A stretch of DNA of 64,000 nucleotides from Alphaproteobacteria bacterium. GTDB taxonomy: Bacteria > Pseudomonadota > Alphaproteobacteria > UBA2966. This document shows, one piece after another, positions 29,139 through 39,221 of this stretch (the stretch's first letter is position 1; each line of letters starts with the position of its first letter). The notes beneath the pieces were generated by a model that was not told where the DNA came from, did no database searches, and saw nothing but the letters and a program-made list of their open reading frames with translations. The translations under genes and the position numbers were made by a program. The DNA lies in contig OZ219856.1 of the NCBI GenBank assembly GCA_964291395.2, positions 384,001-448,000 of the forward strand. Direction: 5' to 3'.

Positions 29139-30272
29139 ATGAAAATGCGCGCCGCCGTCCTGCACGAACAAGGCCGGGCGCGGCCGTTCGCCGACAGCAG
29201 GCCTATGACCATCGAGGAGCTCGACATCGAAGGGCCGCGCGCGGACGAAGTGCTGATCGAGATGGTGGCCGCGGGACTATGCCATTCCGATCTCTCCACT
29301 CTGCAAGGCCACCGTCCCCGCAGGCTGCCGACGGTGCTTGGCCATGAAGGCGGCGGGATCGTTCGCGAAGTCGGTCCGGGTGTCGGCGAGGTCAAGGTCG
29401 GAGACCACGTCGTGCTGGGGCCGGTGCTCGCCTGCGGCGAGTGCCGGGACTGTCTCACCGGTCATCCGGCGTTGTGCACGGCGTCGCAAGCCGCGAAATC
29501 GCACGGAACGATGCTGGACGGGACGTCCCGGTTGAGTTGGGATGGGCGGGAGATCTTCCATACCAGCGGCGTGTCCTGCTTTGCTGAATACTCCGTCGCG
29601 TCCCGCTTTTCCCTGGTGGTAATCGACCCGGATCTGCCCTTGGCGGAATCGGCTCTGTTCGGCTGTGCCGTGATGACGGGCGTGGGTGCCGTGGTGAACA
29701 CGGCGCGGGTCCCGGCCGGTGCCGCCATCGCTGTCGTGGGTCTCGGCGGCGTCGGTCTTTCGGCGATTCTCGGAGGCACCCTGGCGGGTGCCGAAAAGAT
29801 CGTCGCCGTAGATGTCCACGACGAGAAGCTGTTGCTGGCCCGGGAAATCGGCGCGACGCATTCCTTTCGGGCTTCCGACGAGGACTGCGCGGAAGCCGTC
29901 CGGGAATTGACCGACGGGGGAGTCGACTTCGCCTTCGAGATGTCCGGCGTCACGCGAGGCATGAAGACGGCCTACGACCTGGTACGACGGGGCGGCGTGA
30001 TGGTGACCGCGAGCCTGCCCGCGGCCGCCGAGGAGTTCGCCTTCAATGCTTACGATCTGGTCTCGGGTGAAAAGACCGTGCGCGGCTGTTACATGGGAAG
30101 CTGTGTGCCCAAGCGAGACATCCCCCGGTTCCTGCGCATGTACAAGCGCGGGCGGCTGCCGGTCGAGAAACTCATGAGCGCGATGATTTCCCTCGACGAC
30201 GTCAACCTTGGCTTTGACCGCTTGGCGGAAGGTAGGATGGCACGGCAGGTCATCGGCTTCACAGGAGGTTGA
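29139..30272 (+). CDS. Zn-dependent alcohol dehydrogenase (class III-like)
   Basis: GLCHSD, GHEG.G, CGECRDC, GCAVMTGVGA, GLGGVG. Confidence 0.92.
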   Translation: MKMRAAVLHEQGRARPFADSRPMTIEELDIEGPRADEVLIEMVAAGLCHSDLSTLQGHRPRRLPTVLGHEGGGIVREVGPGVGEVKVGDHVVLGPVLACGECRDCLTGHPALCTASQAAKSHGTMLDGTSRLSWDGREIFHTSGVSCFAEYSVASRFSLVVIDPDLPLAESALFGCAVMTGVGAVVNTARVPAGAAIAVVGLGGVGLSAILGGTLAGAEKIVAVDVHDEKLLLAREIGATHSFRASDEDCAEAVRELTDGGVDFAFEMSGVTRGMKTAYDLVRRGGVMVTASLPAAAEEFAFNAYDLVSGEKTVRGCYMGSCVPKRDIPRFLRMYKRGRLPVEKLMSAMISLDDVNLGFDRLAEGRMARQVIGFTGG

Positions 30273-30275
30273 TCC

Positions 30276-30791
30276 CTGTTCTGGCGTGCGCTCATGTCCA
30301 TTACCGTTCTGCCGGGAACGGCGCTGGTGATCGTACCGGGCGTGTTGCTTTGGGCCGGTTCCAGAACGTCCTGGGCGGCGGAACCCGGCGCAGCGTCGGC
30401 GCTCGGCCTCGCGTTTGGCGTGTTCTGCGGTGCCGTCGGGCTGGCACTCGCAGGGTGGACCGTCGTGGACTTCGCGCGCCGCGGGCGGGGAACCCTCGCG
30501 CCCTGGGATCCGCCGGTGAAACTGCTGGTGACCGGGCCCTATAGGTACGTCCGGAACCCCATGATTATCGGCGTTGCCCTGGTGCTCGTGTCGGAAGCCC
30601 TCCTGCTGCATGCCGCCTGGATCGCGGCGTGGGCCGTGATCTTTTTCCTGATCAACGCCGCGTACATCCCCAAAAGCGAGGAGCCGGGGCTCGCGCGGCG
30701 GTTTGGCGGCGACTACCAGCGCTATCGGGAAAACGTGCCCCGCTGGATTCCGAGATTGACGCCATGGCGGCCTCGCGGAGAGCCGCATTGA
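30276..30791 (+). CDS. Isoprenylcysteine carboxyl methyltransferase / phospholipid methyltransferase family membrane protein
   Basis: GTLAPWDPP..L.V.GPYRYVRNPM, EE..L..RFG..Y..Y...VPRW; start uncertain (CTG 30276 or ATG 30294). Confidence 0.85.
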   Translation: MFWRALMSITVLPGTALVIVPGVLLWAGSRTSWAAEPGAASALGLAFGVFCGAVGLALAGWTVVDFARRGRGTLAPWDPPVKLLVTGPYRYVRNPMIIGVALVLVSEALLLHAAWIAAWAVIFFLINAAYIPKSEEPGLARRFGGDYQRYRENVPRWIPRLTPWRPRGEPH

Positions 30792-30804
30792 GGCTCACTC
30801 CGCG

Positions 30805-31983
30805 CTACGGCCCGCCGTAAAGCCAGTCCAGTCCTTCCAGGGCTTTCTCCTGGGTCCGGGCGCCGAGCAGTTGGTTTCGGAGATCCCGCCGAACACCGTC
30901 CGCGTGGTAGACGTCGCCGAGAAACCGCGCCATGAGCTGCACCCGCCCGGTCCTCAGGTAGCGGTCTTTCTGATAGGCTTTGAAGGCTCTTTCCGGATCG
31001 CCGCCGGACTCGGCGATCTTGTCCGCCACGCAAAGGCCGTCCTCGATGGCCATGGCGGCACCTTGTGCGAAGTACTGCAGCATCGGATGGGCGGCATCGC
31101 CGATCAGCGTGATCCGGCCTCGGGACCACACGTCCGTGGGTTCCCGGTCGCACAAAACCCACATGCGCCAGTCCGCGACCTTCTCGATGAGACTCATCGG
31201 TAGCGGCCCGACGTCGGCGAAATGTCGCATCAGCTCATCCCGGTCGCCGGGCTCGTTCCATCCCTCGACGTACGTGTCGCTGTGGAAGACGGCGACGACA
31301 TTGAACAGCTCCCAATCGCGGATCGGGTAGTGGATGAGATGGTTGCGCGGAGCGGCCCAAAGGAGGGCGGCGTTCTGCCTGAGCCCTTCGGGAACTTGGT
31401 CCATGGATAGCACGGCCCGGTAGGCGACGTGCCCCGAGACCTGTGGCATCTCTTCGCCGAATAGACAGGCACGCACGACGGACCAGAGGCCGTCGGCGCC
31501 GATCAGCGCGCGTCCTCGGTATTTGCTGCCGTCTTCGGTCTCGACGGTCACCTGTTCGCCGTCGTCACGAACCTGCACCACCCGGCGCGACGTCTCGAGC
31601 GTGATATGCTCCGAGGCCCGGCACGCTTCGACCAGCACGTCGAGCATGTCGGCCCGATGGTGGATGGCGTAGGGATAGCCGTAACGTTCCTGGCAGGCGT
31701 CCTTGACCCGCACCCGCGTGATCTCCTGGCCAGTGAGGCCGTCCATCATCGACAGATGATCGACGAACACCGCTTTCTCCTTCATTTGTTCCATGACCCC
31801 GAGACGATCGCAGGCGCGAAACACGTTTGGGGCCAGATGGATGCCGGCGCCGATCTCGCGAAACTCGGACGATTGCTCCAGCACGCGGCTCGGAATACCC
31901 CGTCGGGACAATGCCAGCGCGGTGGCGAGTCCTCCGAGGCCGCCGCCCGCGATCAGGACTTCCGCGCCGTTGGTGTTGTTCAC
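30805..31983 (-). CDS. FAD-dependent aromatic monooxygenase (3-hydroxybenzoate 6-hydroxylase/salicylate hydroxylase-like)
   Basis: GGGLGGL, EIGAGI, GADG.WS, GDAAHPMLQY.AQGA..AIED, RTGRVQ. Confidence 0.9.
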   Translation of the reverse strand: MNNTNGAEVLIAGGGLGGLATALALSRRGIPSRVLEQSSEFREIGAGIHLAPNVFRACDRLGVMEQMKEKAVFVDHLSMMDGLTGQEITRVRVKDACQERYGYPYAIHHRADMLDVLVEACRASEHITLETSRRVVQVRDDGEQVTVETEDGSKYRGRALIGADGLWSVVRACLFGEEMPQVSGHVAYRAVLSMDQVPEGLRQNAALLWAAPRNHLIHYPIRDWELFNVVAVFHSDTYVEGWNEPGDRDELMRHFADVGPLPMSLIEKVADWRMWVLCDREPTDVWSRGRITLIGDAAHPMLQYFAQGAAMAIEDGLCVADKIAESGGDPERAFKAYQKDRYLRTGRVQLMARFLGDVYHADGVRRDLRNQLLGARTQEKALEGLDWLYGGP

Positions 31984-32084
31984 GCTCTCTCCGCTCGAGG
32001 TATCAGGCTTGACCGTCGCCCCAACGAACGCGGATCGGAAGACGACCGGTCGCCCCGCCGAGGCCTGGGTGAGGCTTCGCCGTG

Positions 32085-32717
32085 CTAGGCGAGTGGTTCT
32101 TCGACGAGGGGCATCGCCTTCAGCCAGCGTTCGACGTCTTCCTCGTTGTCGAACAGCGTTTCCAGCTCTTCGCGGGCCTCTTCCACGGTCTGCAGCACCG
32201 ACTCGACGTTGCTGATGTCGTTACCGGCGAGGCTCGTGGCCAACTCCAGGCGGATGCCGTTGTTGTCGTAGAAATACGCCGACCAGAATCGGCCGCCGAG
32301 GGACACGGGACCCACGACGTCGATGCCGCGGCTCTTCACGTGCTCGACCATCCCGTCCAGCTTGTCCGGCGGTACGTGGAAGGCGAGGTGCTGCATGCCG
32401 CCCGGCAGGTCCCGGTCGGAACGGTCGAGCCCCTTCGGATACTCGAAGAAGGCCAGCAGGGAATCGTTACCCATACCGAAGAAGTAGTGGCGCAGATCGT
32501 CGTAAGGTGGCTGGCCACGATCCGGGGCGTAGGGTACCCGGCGGACATGGAGGAGCTGCATACCCATGACCTCGGTATAGAACTCCATGGTCTCGGCCAT
32601 GTCATCGGTGACCAGCGCCAGATGGTCCACGCCGCGCGTGGTCGGTGTCGTCAGCTTCGTACCGGTGAATTTGGCCTTCTTGGGCCTGGCTTTCGGATCA
32701 GCGTCAGTGATGGCCAT
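32085..32717 (-). CDS. VOC / glyoxalase family protein
   Basis: GVDHLAL, FYTEVMG, HYFF, HLAF, YFYDNNGIRLEL. Confidence 0.88.
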   Translation of the reverse strand: MAITDADPKARPKKAKFTGTKLTTPTTRGVDHLALVTDDMAETMEFYTEVMGMQLLHVRRVPYAPDRGQPPYDDLRHYFFGMGNDSLLAFFEYPKGLDRSDRDLPGGMQHLAFHVPPDKLDGMVEHVKSRGIDVVGPVSLGGRFWSAYFYDNNGIRLELATSLAGNDISNVESVLQTVEEAREELETLFDNEEDVERWLKAMPLVEEPLA

Positions 32718-32735
32718 CTCTCTTCCTCCCTCGCT

Positions 32736-33581
32736 TCAAAGGAATTCCTTCACTGCGCGGATCAGCCCGTCCGGATCCTCGCCGCCGACGTTGTGCGCGG
32801 TATCGAGTTCCACGAGCGTCACGTTGGCGTTCGCTTCCTTCACCTTCGGCACGGTCTCCTCGGCGAACATGTCCGACCGGGTCCCGCGAACGACGAGGAT
32901 GGGGCACCGGATGGCGCCGAGCCGCTCCCACATGTCGGCACCCAGCGGCTCCCGCTTCCCCGTCTCGCGTTGTTTGCGGAACTTCTCGCGGAACACCGTG
33001 TCGCGCTTGATCACGAACCCGCCGTCGACGGGCTTGAGGTAGTTCTCCATGCGGGTGCGGACCGAGGAATCCCGCGGCGAGTGCGGGTCCTGGCCGAAGT
33101 ACTCCAGGGCCGCGTCGACGTCCACGAAGACGTCGGGCACGTCGGCCACGATGTTCATGACCCGCTTGCCGCCCGCCGGAGCGTTGACCGGCGAGGAATC
33201 GACAAGCACCAGCTTCTCGACGTGGTCCGGATGGCCGGCCGTAAAGTAGGTGGAATTGCGCCCCCCCATGGAGTGGCCCATAACGACGGCCTTCGGCCAC
33301 TCGAGGTGATCCAGGAGATTGCGCATGTCGCCGGCGAAATCGTCGAGGCCGTACTTTCCGGTGGGGCTCCACGTGGAGTCGCCGAAGCCGCGCATGTCCA
33401 TGACCGCGACTTCGCGGTCGCTACCGAGCGCGGCGGCGATGTCGATCCAGTCATACGAGAAATAAGAGAGGCCGTGGACGATCAGCATCGGCGTCGCGCC
33501 AGGGCTGCCGAAATGCCGGTAGTGAATGGTTACGTCGTCCGAGTCACAGGTCCCCGTGCGGCGTTCCGGTGTGGTCGACAT
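32736..33581 (-). CDS. Alpha/beta hydrolase
   Basis: VHG, DMRGFGDS, GHSMGG nucleophile elbow, C-terminal His (AHNV). Confidence 0.88.
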   Translation of the reverse strand: MSTTPERRTGTCDSDDVTIHYRHFGSPGATPMLIVHGLSYFSYDWIDIAAALGSDREVAVMDMRGFGDSTWSPTGKYGLDDFAGDMRNLLDHLEWPKAVVMGHSMGGRNSTYFTAGHPDHVEKLVLVDSSPVNAPAGGKRVMNIVADVPDVFVDVDAALEYFGQDPHSPRDSSVRTRMENYLKPVDGGFVIKRDTVFREKFRKQRETGKREPLGADMWERLGAIRCPILVVRGTRSDMFAEETVPKVKEANANVTLVELDTAHNVGGEDPDGLIRAVKEFL

Positions 33582-33761
33582 GCAATGTCCTCGCCCTCTC
33601 TCGCACCCTCGGCAACAGGATAGAACAGGGAGCGATGGGCCGCAAAGTGATCGCGTCCTGATGACCGTCCGAGTAAGGAGTTGAAGGTGACGATCGAAAA
33701 ACCGCATCCTGCCGGTCGACGCCCAAGGCGCGGGCCTTCGCAGGCTTCTTGACCGAACGTT

Positions 33762-34835
33762 TCAAGGAATGACGCGCTTCTCCCGCAATTCGTCGAACAT
33801 ACGGAGAAACATGTCGCCCGTGTCGACGAATTCGTGGAACCCGAGACGGCGGATCCGGTTGTAATCGGAGATCATGTCGTAGTCGGTGGACAGCATGTAG
33901 TCACCAAAGGGCCAGTGGGCGATGTCTTCGAGCCTGTACGGCATGAGCCCATACTTGGCGACGATCCCCTCCCACAAGGGCTCCTTGTCGCCCATCATCC
34001 GGGCCAGATTGATGGTCTGAACGGGCCCCGCCTCCAGATCGAAGTACGCGGCGATCCTGGGCCACAGGTCCTCCCAACGGAACACGTCGCCGTTGGAGAT
34101 GTTGAAACCCTGGTCCGCGCACTCGGGCGTCGTCGCCAGCCAAGTCATGAACCGGACCAGTAGATCGACGTCCACCGCCTGGACGACGGTACGATAGGCG
34201 CGTTCCTCGCCCGGATAGCGCAGCGGCAGCCCGAGCTCCTTGGAGATGGTTGCGTAGGCGGCGATGAGATTGACGAGGTTGAAGGGCTTGCCCAGCGACC
34301 AGCCGCAGACGATCGGCGGCCGGAGACTCGACCAGGACCAGCTCTTGCCTTCGCTCTCGGATTCCAGAAATTTCTGTTGGCTGACGTAGAAGTTGGGGCC
34401 CATGTGGGTGGGATCGGTCTCGCGCGCCGGGTTGGTCCAGGGACCGAGGTGGGCGCCGTAGTATTTGGTGCCCTGGGCCAGGCAGACGTGGCGCAGCCCC
34501 TTGGCGACGGGTTCGACGACCCGCAGGGGATTGACCAGCAGCGCCGTGTTGGCCGGGTCCTGTTCGGCCCAGGTCGGCCGGTCCGTGTAGCCCGCGAAAA
34601 AGATATGCGTTACATGGCCGAGCCGGCCCAGCTTCGCCTCGCAATCGCCCGGATCGAGCAGATCGACGGAGATGTGTTCCATCCGGGAGGGGTAGTCGGG
34701 GGCGCCGCGCGAAAGTCCGATGACGTCCCAATCTTCGAGCGTGTCCAGATGCCGTATGAGGTTGCCGCCGATGATCCCGGTTGCACCGATCACCAGGGCC
34801 GTTTTTCGTTCAGCCGCTCGGTTCGTCCGGGGCAT
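33762..34835 (-). CDS. Atypical SDR, progesterone 5-beta-reductase/iridoid synthase (PRISE)-like
   Basis: ALVIGATGIIG, W.VIGLSR, QGTKYYG.H, PNFY, LPLRYPG, FNISNGD.FRW..LW. Confidence 0.8.
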   Translation of the reverse strand: MPRTNRAAERKTALVIGATGIIGGNLIRHLDTLEDWDVIGLSRGAPDYPSRMEHISVDLLDPGDCEAKLGRLGHVTHIFFAGYTDRPTWAEQDPANTALLVNPLRVVEPVAKGLRHVCLAQGTKYYGAHLGPWTNPARETDPTHMGPNFYVSQQKFLESESEGKSWSWSSLRPPIVCGWSLGKPFNLVNLIAAYATISKELGLPLRYPGEERAYRTVVQAVDVDLLVRFMTWLATTPECADQGFNISNGDVFRWEDLWPRIAAYFDLEAGPVQTINLARMMGDKEPLWEGIVAKYGLMPYRLEDIAHWPFGDYMLSTDYDMISDYNRIRRLGFHEFVDTGDMFLRMFDELREKRVIP

Positions 34836-35759
34836 CTACGGAAGCGGGTCCCGTACCGACCGATCGTCGGCATCGCCCCGAATGTCTCCCGTCGCGGCGT
34901 TATTCACGGAAAATCCCCCGGACCAGTCGGGCGGCATGGGGCAGGGGCGGGGGTCGTGCCGGGCGTAGGCGGCGGGCTCGCCGCGCACGATCGTTCCGGT
35001 GTTCGCGCTGCGTTGGGGCAAGTAGGTGTACGGAAAGGCGTCCGCCGCCGTGTACGTGTTGACCAGGAGTGGCCGCCCGCGGTCGGAGCGGTTGGGATCG
35101 GAGCCATGCACCGTGCGACAATTGTGCACCGTGACCGAGCCCGCCGGTCCCATGAGCAGGGGCGCTTCGTCAACCCGCAAGTCCTCGAGGTCCCGGTCCT
35201 GTATGCAGGCCGTCCAGACATTGTCGTCCGTGTAGTGACGGTACACGTCGCCCTTGTGGCTGGCCGGGACGGCGCGGACGGGGCCCTGGTCCGGTCCCAC
35301 GTCTTCCAGCAACGTCCCGATCGAGAGCGGCGAGTAGTTGGTATGCGGATAGAACTGGATGTCCTGGTGCCACTTCACTTCCTGGCCCACACGAGCCCAT
35401 TTGAAGTTCAGCAGCGCGTGGCTGAACCGGACGTCGGGGCCGACGAGGTCGGCCGCGATGTCGGGCAGGACCGACTCGGCCGCGTAGGTCCAGAAATCGG
35501 GGTGGTGCACGTCGGGGCAGTTGAGCCGGAGGAGGCGCGGGTCGTCCGCGGCGTGACCCTTTTCGAGCCAGATCGCCTCGTCCGAGTCCGTCATCGACCG
35601 GGACCGTTCGATGATCTCGTCCACGGCGGCGCGAAGCCGGGACAGCCAGTGATCTTCGATCAGGCCTTCGATCAGAAGGTACCCGTTCTCGAAATAGAAT
35701 TGGCGTTGGGACTGGCTGAGCGCGCGCGGGGGAAGCGCCAGGATGTCGTCGTCGTTCAT
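34836..35759 (-). CDS. Phytanoyl-CoA dioxygenase (PhyH) family protein
   Basis: LNFK, WHQD..FYPHTN, P.SHKG, TVHGS.PN.S; start MNDDD at 35759. Confidence 0.88.
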   Translation of the reverse strand: MNDDDILALPPRALSQSQRQFYFENGYLLIEGLIEDHWLSRLRAAVDEIIERSRSMTDSDEAIWLEKGHAADDPRLLRLNCPDVHHPDFWTYAAESVLPDIAADLVGPDVRFSHALLNFKWARVGQEVKWHQDIQFYPHTNYSPLSIGTLLEDVGPDQGPVRAVPASHKGDVYRHYTDDNVWTACIQDRDLEDLRVDEAPLLMGPAGSVTVHNCRTVHGSDPNRSDRGRPLLVNTYTAADAFPYTYLPQRSANTGTIVRGEPAAYARHDPRPCPMPPDWSGGFSVNNAATGDIRGDADDRSVRDPLP

Positions 35760-35937
35760 GGTTCCGCGAGGATACCATGCGGCCGTATTCGGAAACACCG
35801 AGCCCCTCTCTTGATTGCGTGGGTTCCGTCCCCATAATTGCGAGGTATCGGGGTGATCTCGTTGCCGCCGCCCGGAATGACCGCAAGGAAGCCGACCTCG
35901 GTCCCAACGGGCGCAATACTGACAGGGAGGACTGGGC

Positions 35938-36921
35938 ATGACGCTCGACGGCGAGCTCGCGAAAAGGATGTACTCGAACATGTGGCGCATTCGCCTGTTC
36001 GAGGAGGAAGCGAACCGCCAGACCGGCCTCGGGAACGTGGTCGGCACGCTTCATCTTTATTGCGGCGAGGAGGCGGTCGGCGTGGGCATTTGCGCTCATC
36101 TCGATGACGGCGACTACATCCTGGGCACGCACCGCAGTCACGGGCACTGCCTGGCCAAGGGCGCTCCGATGGACGACATGATGGCGGAGCTTTTCGGCAA
36201 GGAGACGGGCACCTGTTCGGGGAAAGGCGGGTCCATGCACGTGGCCGATCTCTCCAAGAACATCCTGGGCGCCAACGGTATCGTCGCCGGCGGCATCGGC
36301 CCGGCTACCGGGACGGCCATGGCGACGAAAATCCGCGGCACGCACCAGGTGTCGGTCTGCTTCTTCGGCGACGGTGCCGCCGCGCGGGGGCCGTTCCACG
36401 AGGGTATTCTCATGGGTTCCCTTTGGAAACTGCCGGTCGTCTACGTCTGCGAGAACAACGGATACCAGCAGTGGGTGCGGCGCGAGAACGTCGCCGTGGT
36501 GGACTCGGTGGCCACGATGGCGGCTTCCTACGGCATCCCCGGCGTGTCCGTGGACGGCCAGAACATCGTCGAGGTGTACGAGGCGGCAGGGGAGGCCATC
36601 GACCGGGCGCGTCGCGGCGAGGGACCCACGCTCATCGAGGCCAGGACCTACCGCTATTTCGGGCACAGCTTGGGCGACCGCGAGGAGTACCGAACTCGGG
36701 AAGAAGTCGATGAGTGGCGCAACAACCGGGACCCGATCAACATCTTCCGCGAGTACATGTCGGAGCGCCAATGGCTGACCGAGCGGGAGGATGAGGATAT
36801 CCAGGCCGCGGCGAAGGAAGATGTGGCCGCCGCCGTCAAGTTCGCGGATGAGAGCGCCTATCCGCCGCTCGAGGCGGCCTATACCGATGTGTTGGACACG
36901 GAGTGGAGGGTAGACGCATGA
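35938..36921 (+). CDS. 2-oxoacid/acetoin dehydrogenase E1 alpha subunit
   Basis: HLYCGEEA, THRSHGH, GKGGSMH, FFGDGA...ENN, TYRY.GHS. Confidence 0.92.
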   Translation: MTLDGELAKRMYSNMWRIRLFEEEANRQTGLGNVVGTLHLYCGEEAVGVGICAHLDDGDYILGTHRSHGHCLAKGAPMDDMMAELFGKETGTCSGKGGSMHVADLSKNILGANGIVAGGIGPATGTAMATKIRGTHQVSVCFFGDGAAARGPFHEGILMGSLWKLPVVYVCENNGYQQWVRRENVAVVDSVATMAASYGIPGVSVDGQNIVEVYEAAGEAIDRARRGEGPTLIEARTYRYFGHSLGDREEYRTREEVDEWRNNRDPINIFREYMSERQWLTEREDEDIQAAAKEDVAAAVKFADESAYPPLEAAYTDVLDTEWRVDA

Positions 36922-37889
36922 GCACGCTGACAATACGCGATGCCCTTCACGATGCGATCCACGAGGAAATGGAGCGCGACGAGAGCGTCTTCGTGATCGG
37001 TGAGGACGTCGTGGCGCACGGCGGTCCTTACACGGTGACCGAGGGCATCGCCGAGCGGTTCCCCGACCGGATCTTCGAGACCCCGATCGCCGAGGCTGGA
37101 ATCGTCGGTGTGGGCGTCGGCGCGGCCATGGCGGGCATGCGTCCGGTGGTAGAGATCATGTATCTCGACTTCATCACTTGCGCCATGGACGAGGTCGTCA
37201 ATCAAGCCGCCAAAATGCGCTACATGACGGGCGGTCAGGCCAGTGTCCCGATCGTGATCCGGCTGCCCTGCGGTCTGGGCCGTTACATAGCGGCGCAGCA
37301 CTCCCAGATCATGGAGTCCTGGTTCATGCACGTACCGGGGCTTCAGGTCGTCGTGCCCTCGACGCCGAAGGATGCCAAGGGCTTGCTCAAGACGGCGGTG
37401 CGCAGCCCCGATCCGGTCCTGTTCTTCGAATACAAACGCATCTACACCGCCGAGGGGGAGGTGCCGGAAGAGGAGTATCTGATCCCCTTCGGCGTGGCGG
37501 AGACGAAGCGCGAGGGCGAGGACGTGACGGTCGTGGCGGTCGGCCCGATGGTCGGCAAGGCGCTGGAGGCGGGCGTGATCCTGGAGGACGACGGATACGA
37601 TATCGAAGTTATCGATCCGCGCACGCTGTCGCCGCTCGACACGGAAACGATCCGTGCCTCGGTGGGCAAGACCGGCCGTGCGGTTATCTGCGAAGAGGAT
37701 TCGTCATTCGCCGGAACCGGCGCGGAAATCGCCGCGATGATCGCGGAGAACTGCTTCAAGGATCTGCAGGCACCCGTGGTGCGTGTCGGCATGCCGCACG
37801 TGCCGATGCCCTTCGCGCCGCCTCTCGCGGACAGCGTGGTGCCCCAGGTCGACAGCGTCGTCGACGCCGTCCGTCGCGTCATGGCCTGA
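36918..37889 (+). CDS. 2-oxoacid/acetoin dehydrogenase E1 beta subunit
   Basis: GEDV, TPIAEAG, RPVVEIM, NQAAK, QHSQ, IDPRTL.PLD. Confidence 0.92.
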   Translation: MSTLTIRDALHDAIHEEMERDESVFVIGEDVVAHGGPYTVTEGIAERFPDRIFETPIAEAGIVGVGVGAAMAGMRPVVEIMYLDFITCAMDEVVNQAAKMRYMTGGQASVPIVIRLPCGLGRYIAAQHSQIMESWFMHVPGLQVVVPSTPKDAKGLLKTAVRSPDPVLFFEYKRIYTAEGEVPEEEYLIPFGVAETKREGEDVTVVAVGPMVGKALEAGVILEDDGYDIEVIDPRTLSPLDTETIRASVGKTGRAVICEEDSSFAGTGAEIAAMIAENCFKDLQAPVVRVGMPHVPMPFAPPLADSVVPQVDSVVDAVRRVMA

Positions 37890-37909
37890 GTGGATCGCGG
37901 ACGGCAGAC

Positions 37910-39061
37910 ATGGCGACACGATTTCGCTTGGCGGCGTTCGGCCACACGATGGAGGTCGGACGCATCGTCGAATGGAAGGTCTCGGAAGGCGACGCGATCA
38001 AGGAAGGCGACGAGATTCTTGCCGTCGAGACGGACAAGGCCGTCGTAGACGTGGAGGCGCCCATCGGCGGCGTTCTGCTGAAGATCGTCGGGCGGACCGA
38101 TCAGGAACTTCCGGTCGGCGCGACGTTGGCGTGGATCGGCGAGGCCGGCGAAGAGGTTCCCGATGAGCCTGAGGAAGCGCCCGCCCCCTCGGTGGCGGAC
38201 GCGCCGCCGAAGGAGCGGGTAACCCCCGTGGCCCGCCGCCTCGCCGAGCGCCACGGCGTCGACGCCGATGCGCTCGAGGGGACCGGGCCGGGCGGCCGCG
38301 TGACAAAGGAAGACGTGCAGAAGGCGGTCGAGTCCGGTACGGCGCCCAGGAAGGAAGACGAGGTGCCGGAAGGCGTGGAGGTCATCCCGCTCGCGGGGCT
38401 TCGCAAGGTCGCGGCGGAACGCCTGACGGCGAATTGGGCGCGGGCGCCCCAGGTGACCGAAGGAATCGAGGTTGATTTCTCGGCCTGCCTGGAGGTCCGG
38501 CGACGCAATCGGGACTCCTGGAGGGAGGAGTTCGGGGTCGAGCCCACGATCAACGACATCGTCCTTCTGGCGACGGCGGCGGCGCTCAAGGACAATCCCG
38601 CGCTCAATGCGGCGTTGGTCGACGGTGCCATCCACCGGTACGCCCGCATCAACCTCAACGTCGCCGTCGACACCGAGGAGGGCCTGACCGTTCCCGTCGT
38701 CAAGGACGCGGGCGAGGCGGGACTCGGGGAGATCGCCAAAGCCGTGGCGGAACTGGCGGAAAAGGCGCGTAACAGGCGGCTGAGCCCCGAAGACCTCGAG
38801 GGGGGGACCTTCACGGTCACCAACCTCGGCGGCATGGGCGTGGACTGGTTCACGCCGGTGCTCAATCCGCCCCAGGCGGCGATCCTGGGCGTGGGACGGG
38901 TGCGCCGCACGCCGGTCGTCGACGGGGACGAGGTGGCCGTGCGCGACCGCGTGACCTTCGTGCTGTCCTTCGATCACCGGGTCGTGGACGGCGCGCCGTG
39001 CGCGCGCTTCCTCGCCCGTCTCAGGGAGCTGATCGAGGATCCGTCCGCCTGGCTCGTTTGA
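37910..39061 (+). CDS. Dihydrolipoamide acyltransferase E2
   Basis: Lipoyl site VETDKA, subunit-binding domain TPVARRLA..GTGPGGRV, catalytic FDHRVVDG. Confidence 0.92.
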   Translation: MATRFRLAAFGHTMEVGRIVEWKVSEGDAIKEGDEILAVETDKAVVDVEAPIGGVLLKIVGRTDQELPVGATLAWIGEAGEEVPDEPEEAPAPSVADAPPKERVTPVARRLAERHGVDADALEGTGPGGRVTKEDVQKAVESGTAPRKEDEVPEGVEVIPLAGLRKVAAERLTANWARAPQVTEGIEVDFSACLEVRRRNRDSWREEFGVEPTINDIVLLATAAALKDNPALNAALVDGAIHRYARINLNVAVDTEEGLTVPVVKDAGEAGLGEIAKAVAELAEKARNRRLSPEDLEGGTFTVTNLGGMGVDWFTPVLNPPQAAILGVGRVRRTPVVDGDEVAVRDRVTFVLSFDHRVVDGAPCARFLARLRELIEDPSAWLV

Positions 39062-39221
39062 GTTCGCTCTTAAACCCTGATGCGGATCGAGGTATGCCGC
39101 TTCGATCGATTGGCGGTTCGGGGTCGGTCGGCCGAGGCGATGAAACCGGACCGATATCGAAACGCCCGACAGCGGTTGGCGGTACCTTGGTCCCTTGGCT
39201 CCAAGCGCCGTCTCCCGGCAA

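Noticed and set aside
29139-30791. ADH-methyltransferase fusion by TGA readthrough
   Set aside because: The ADH is complete at the stop, and a strong Shine-Dalgarno supports independent initiation of the downstream gene.
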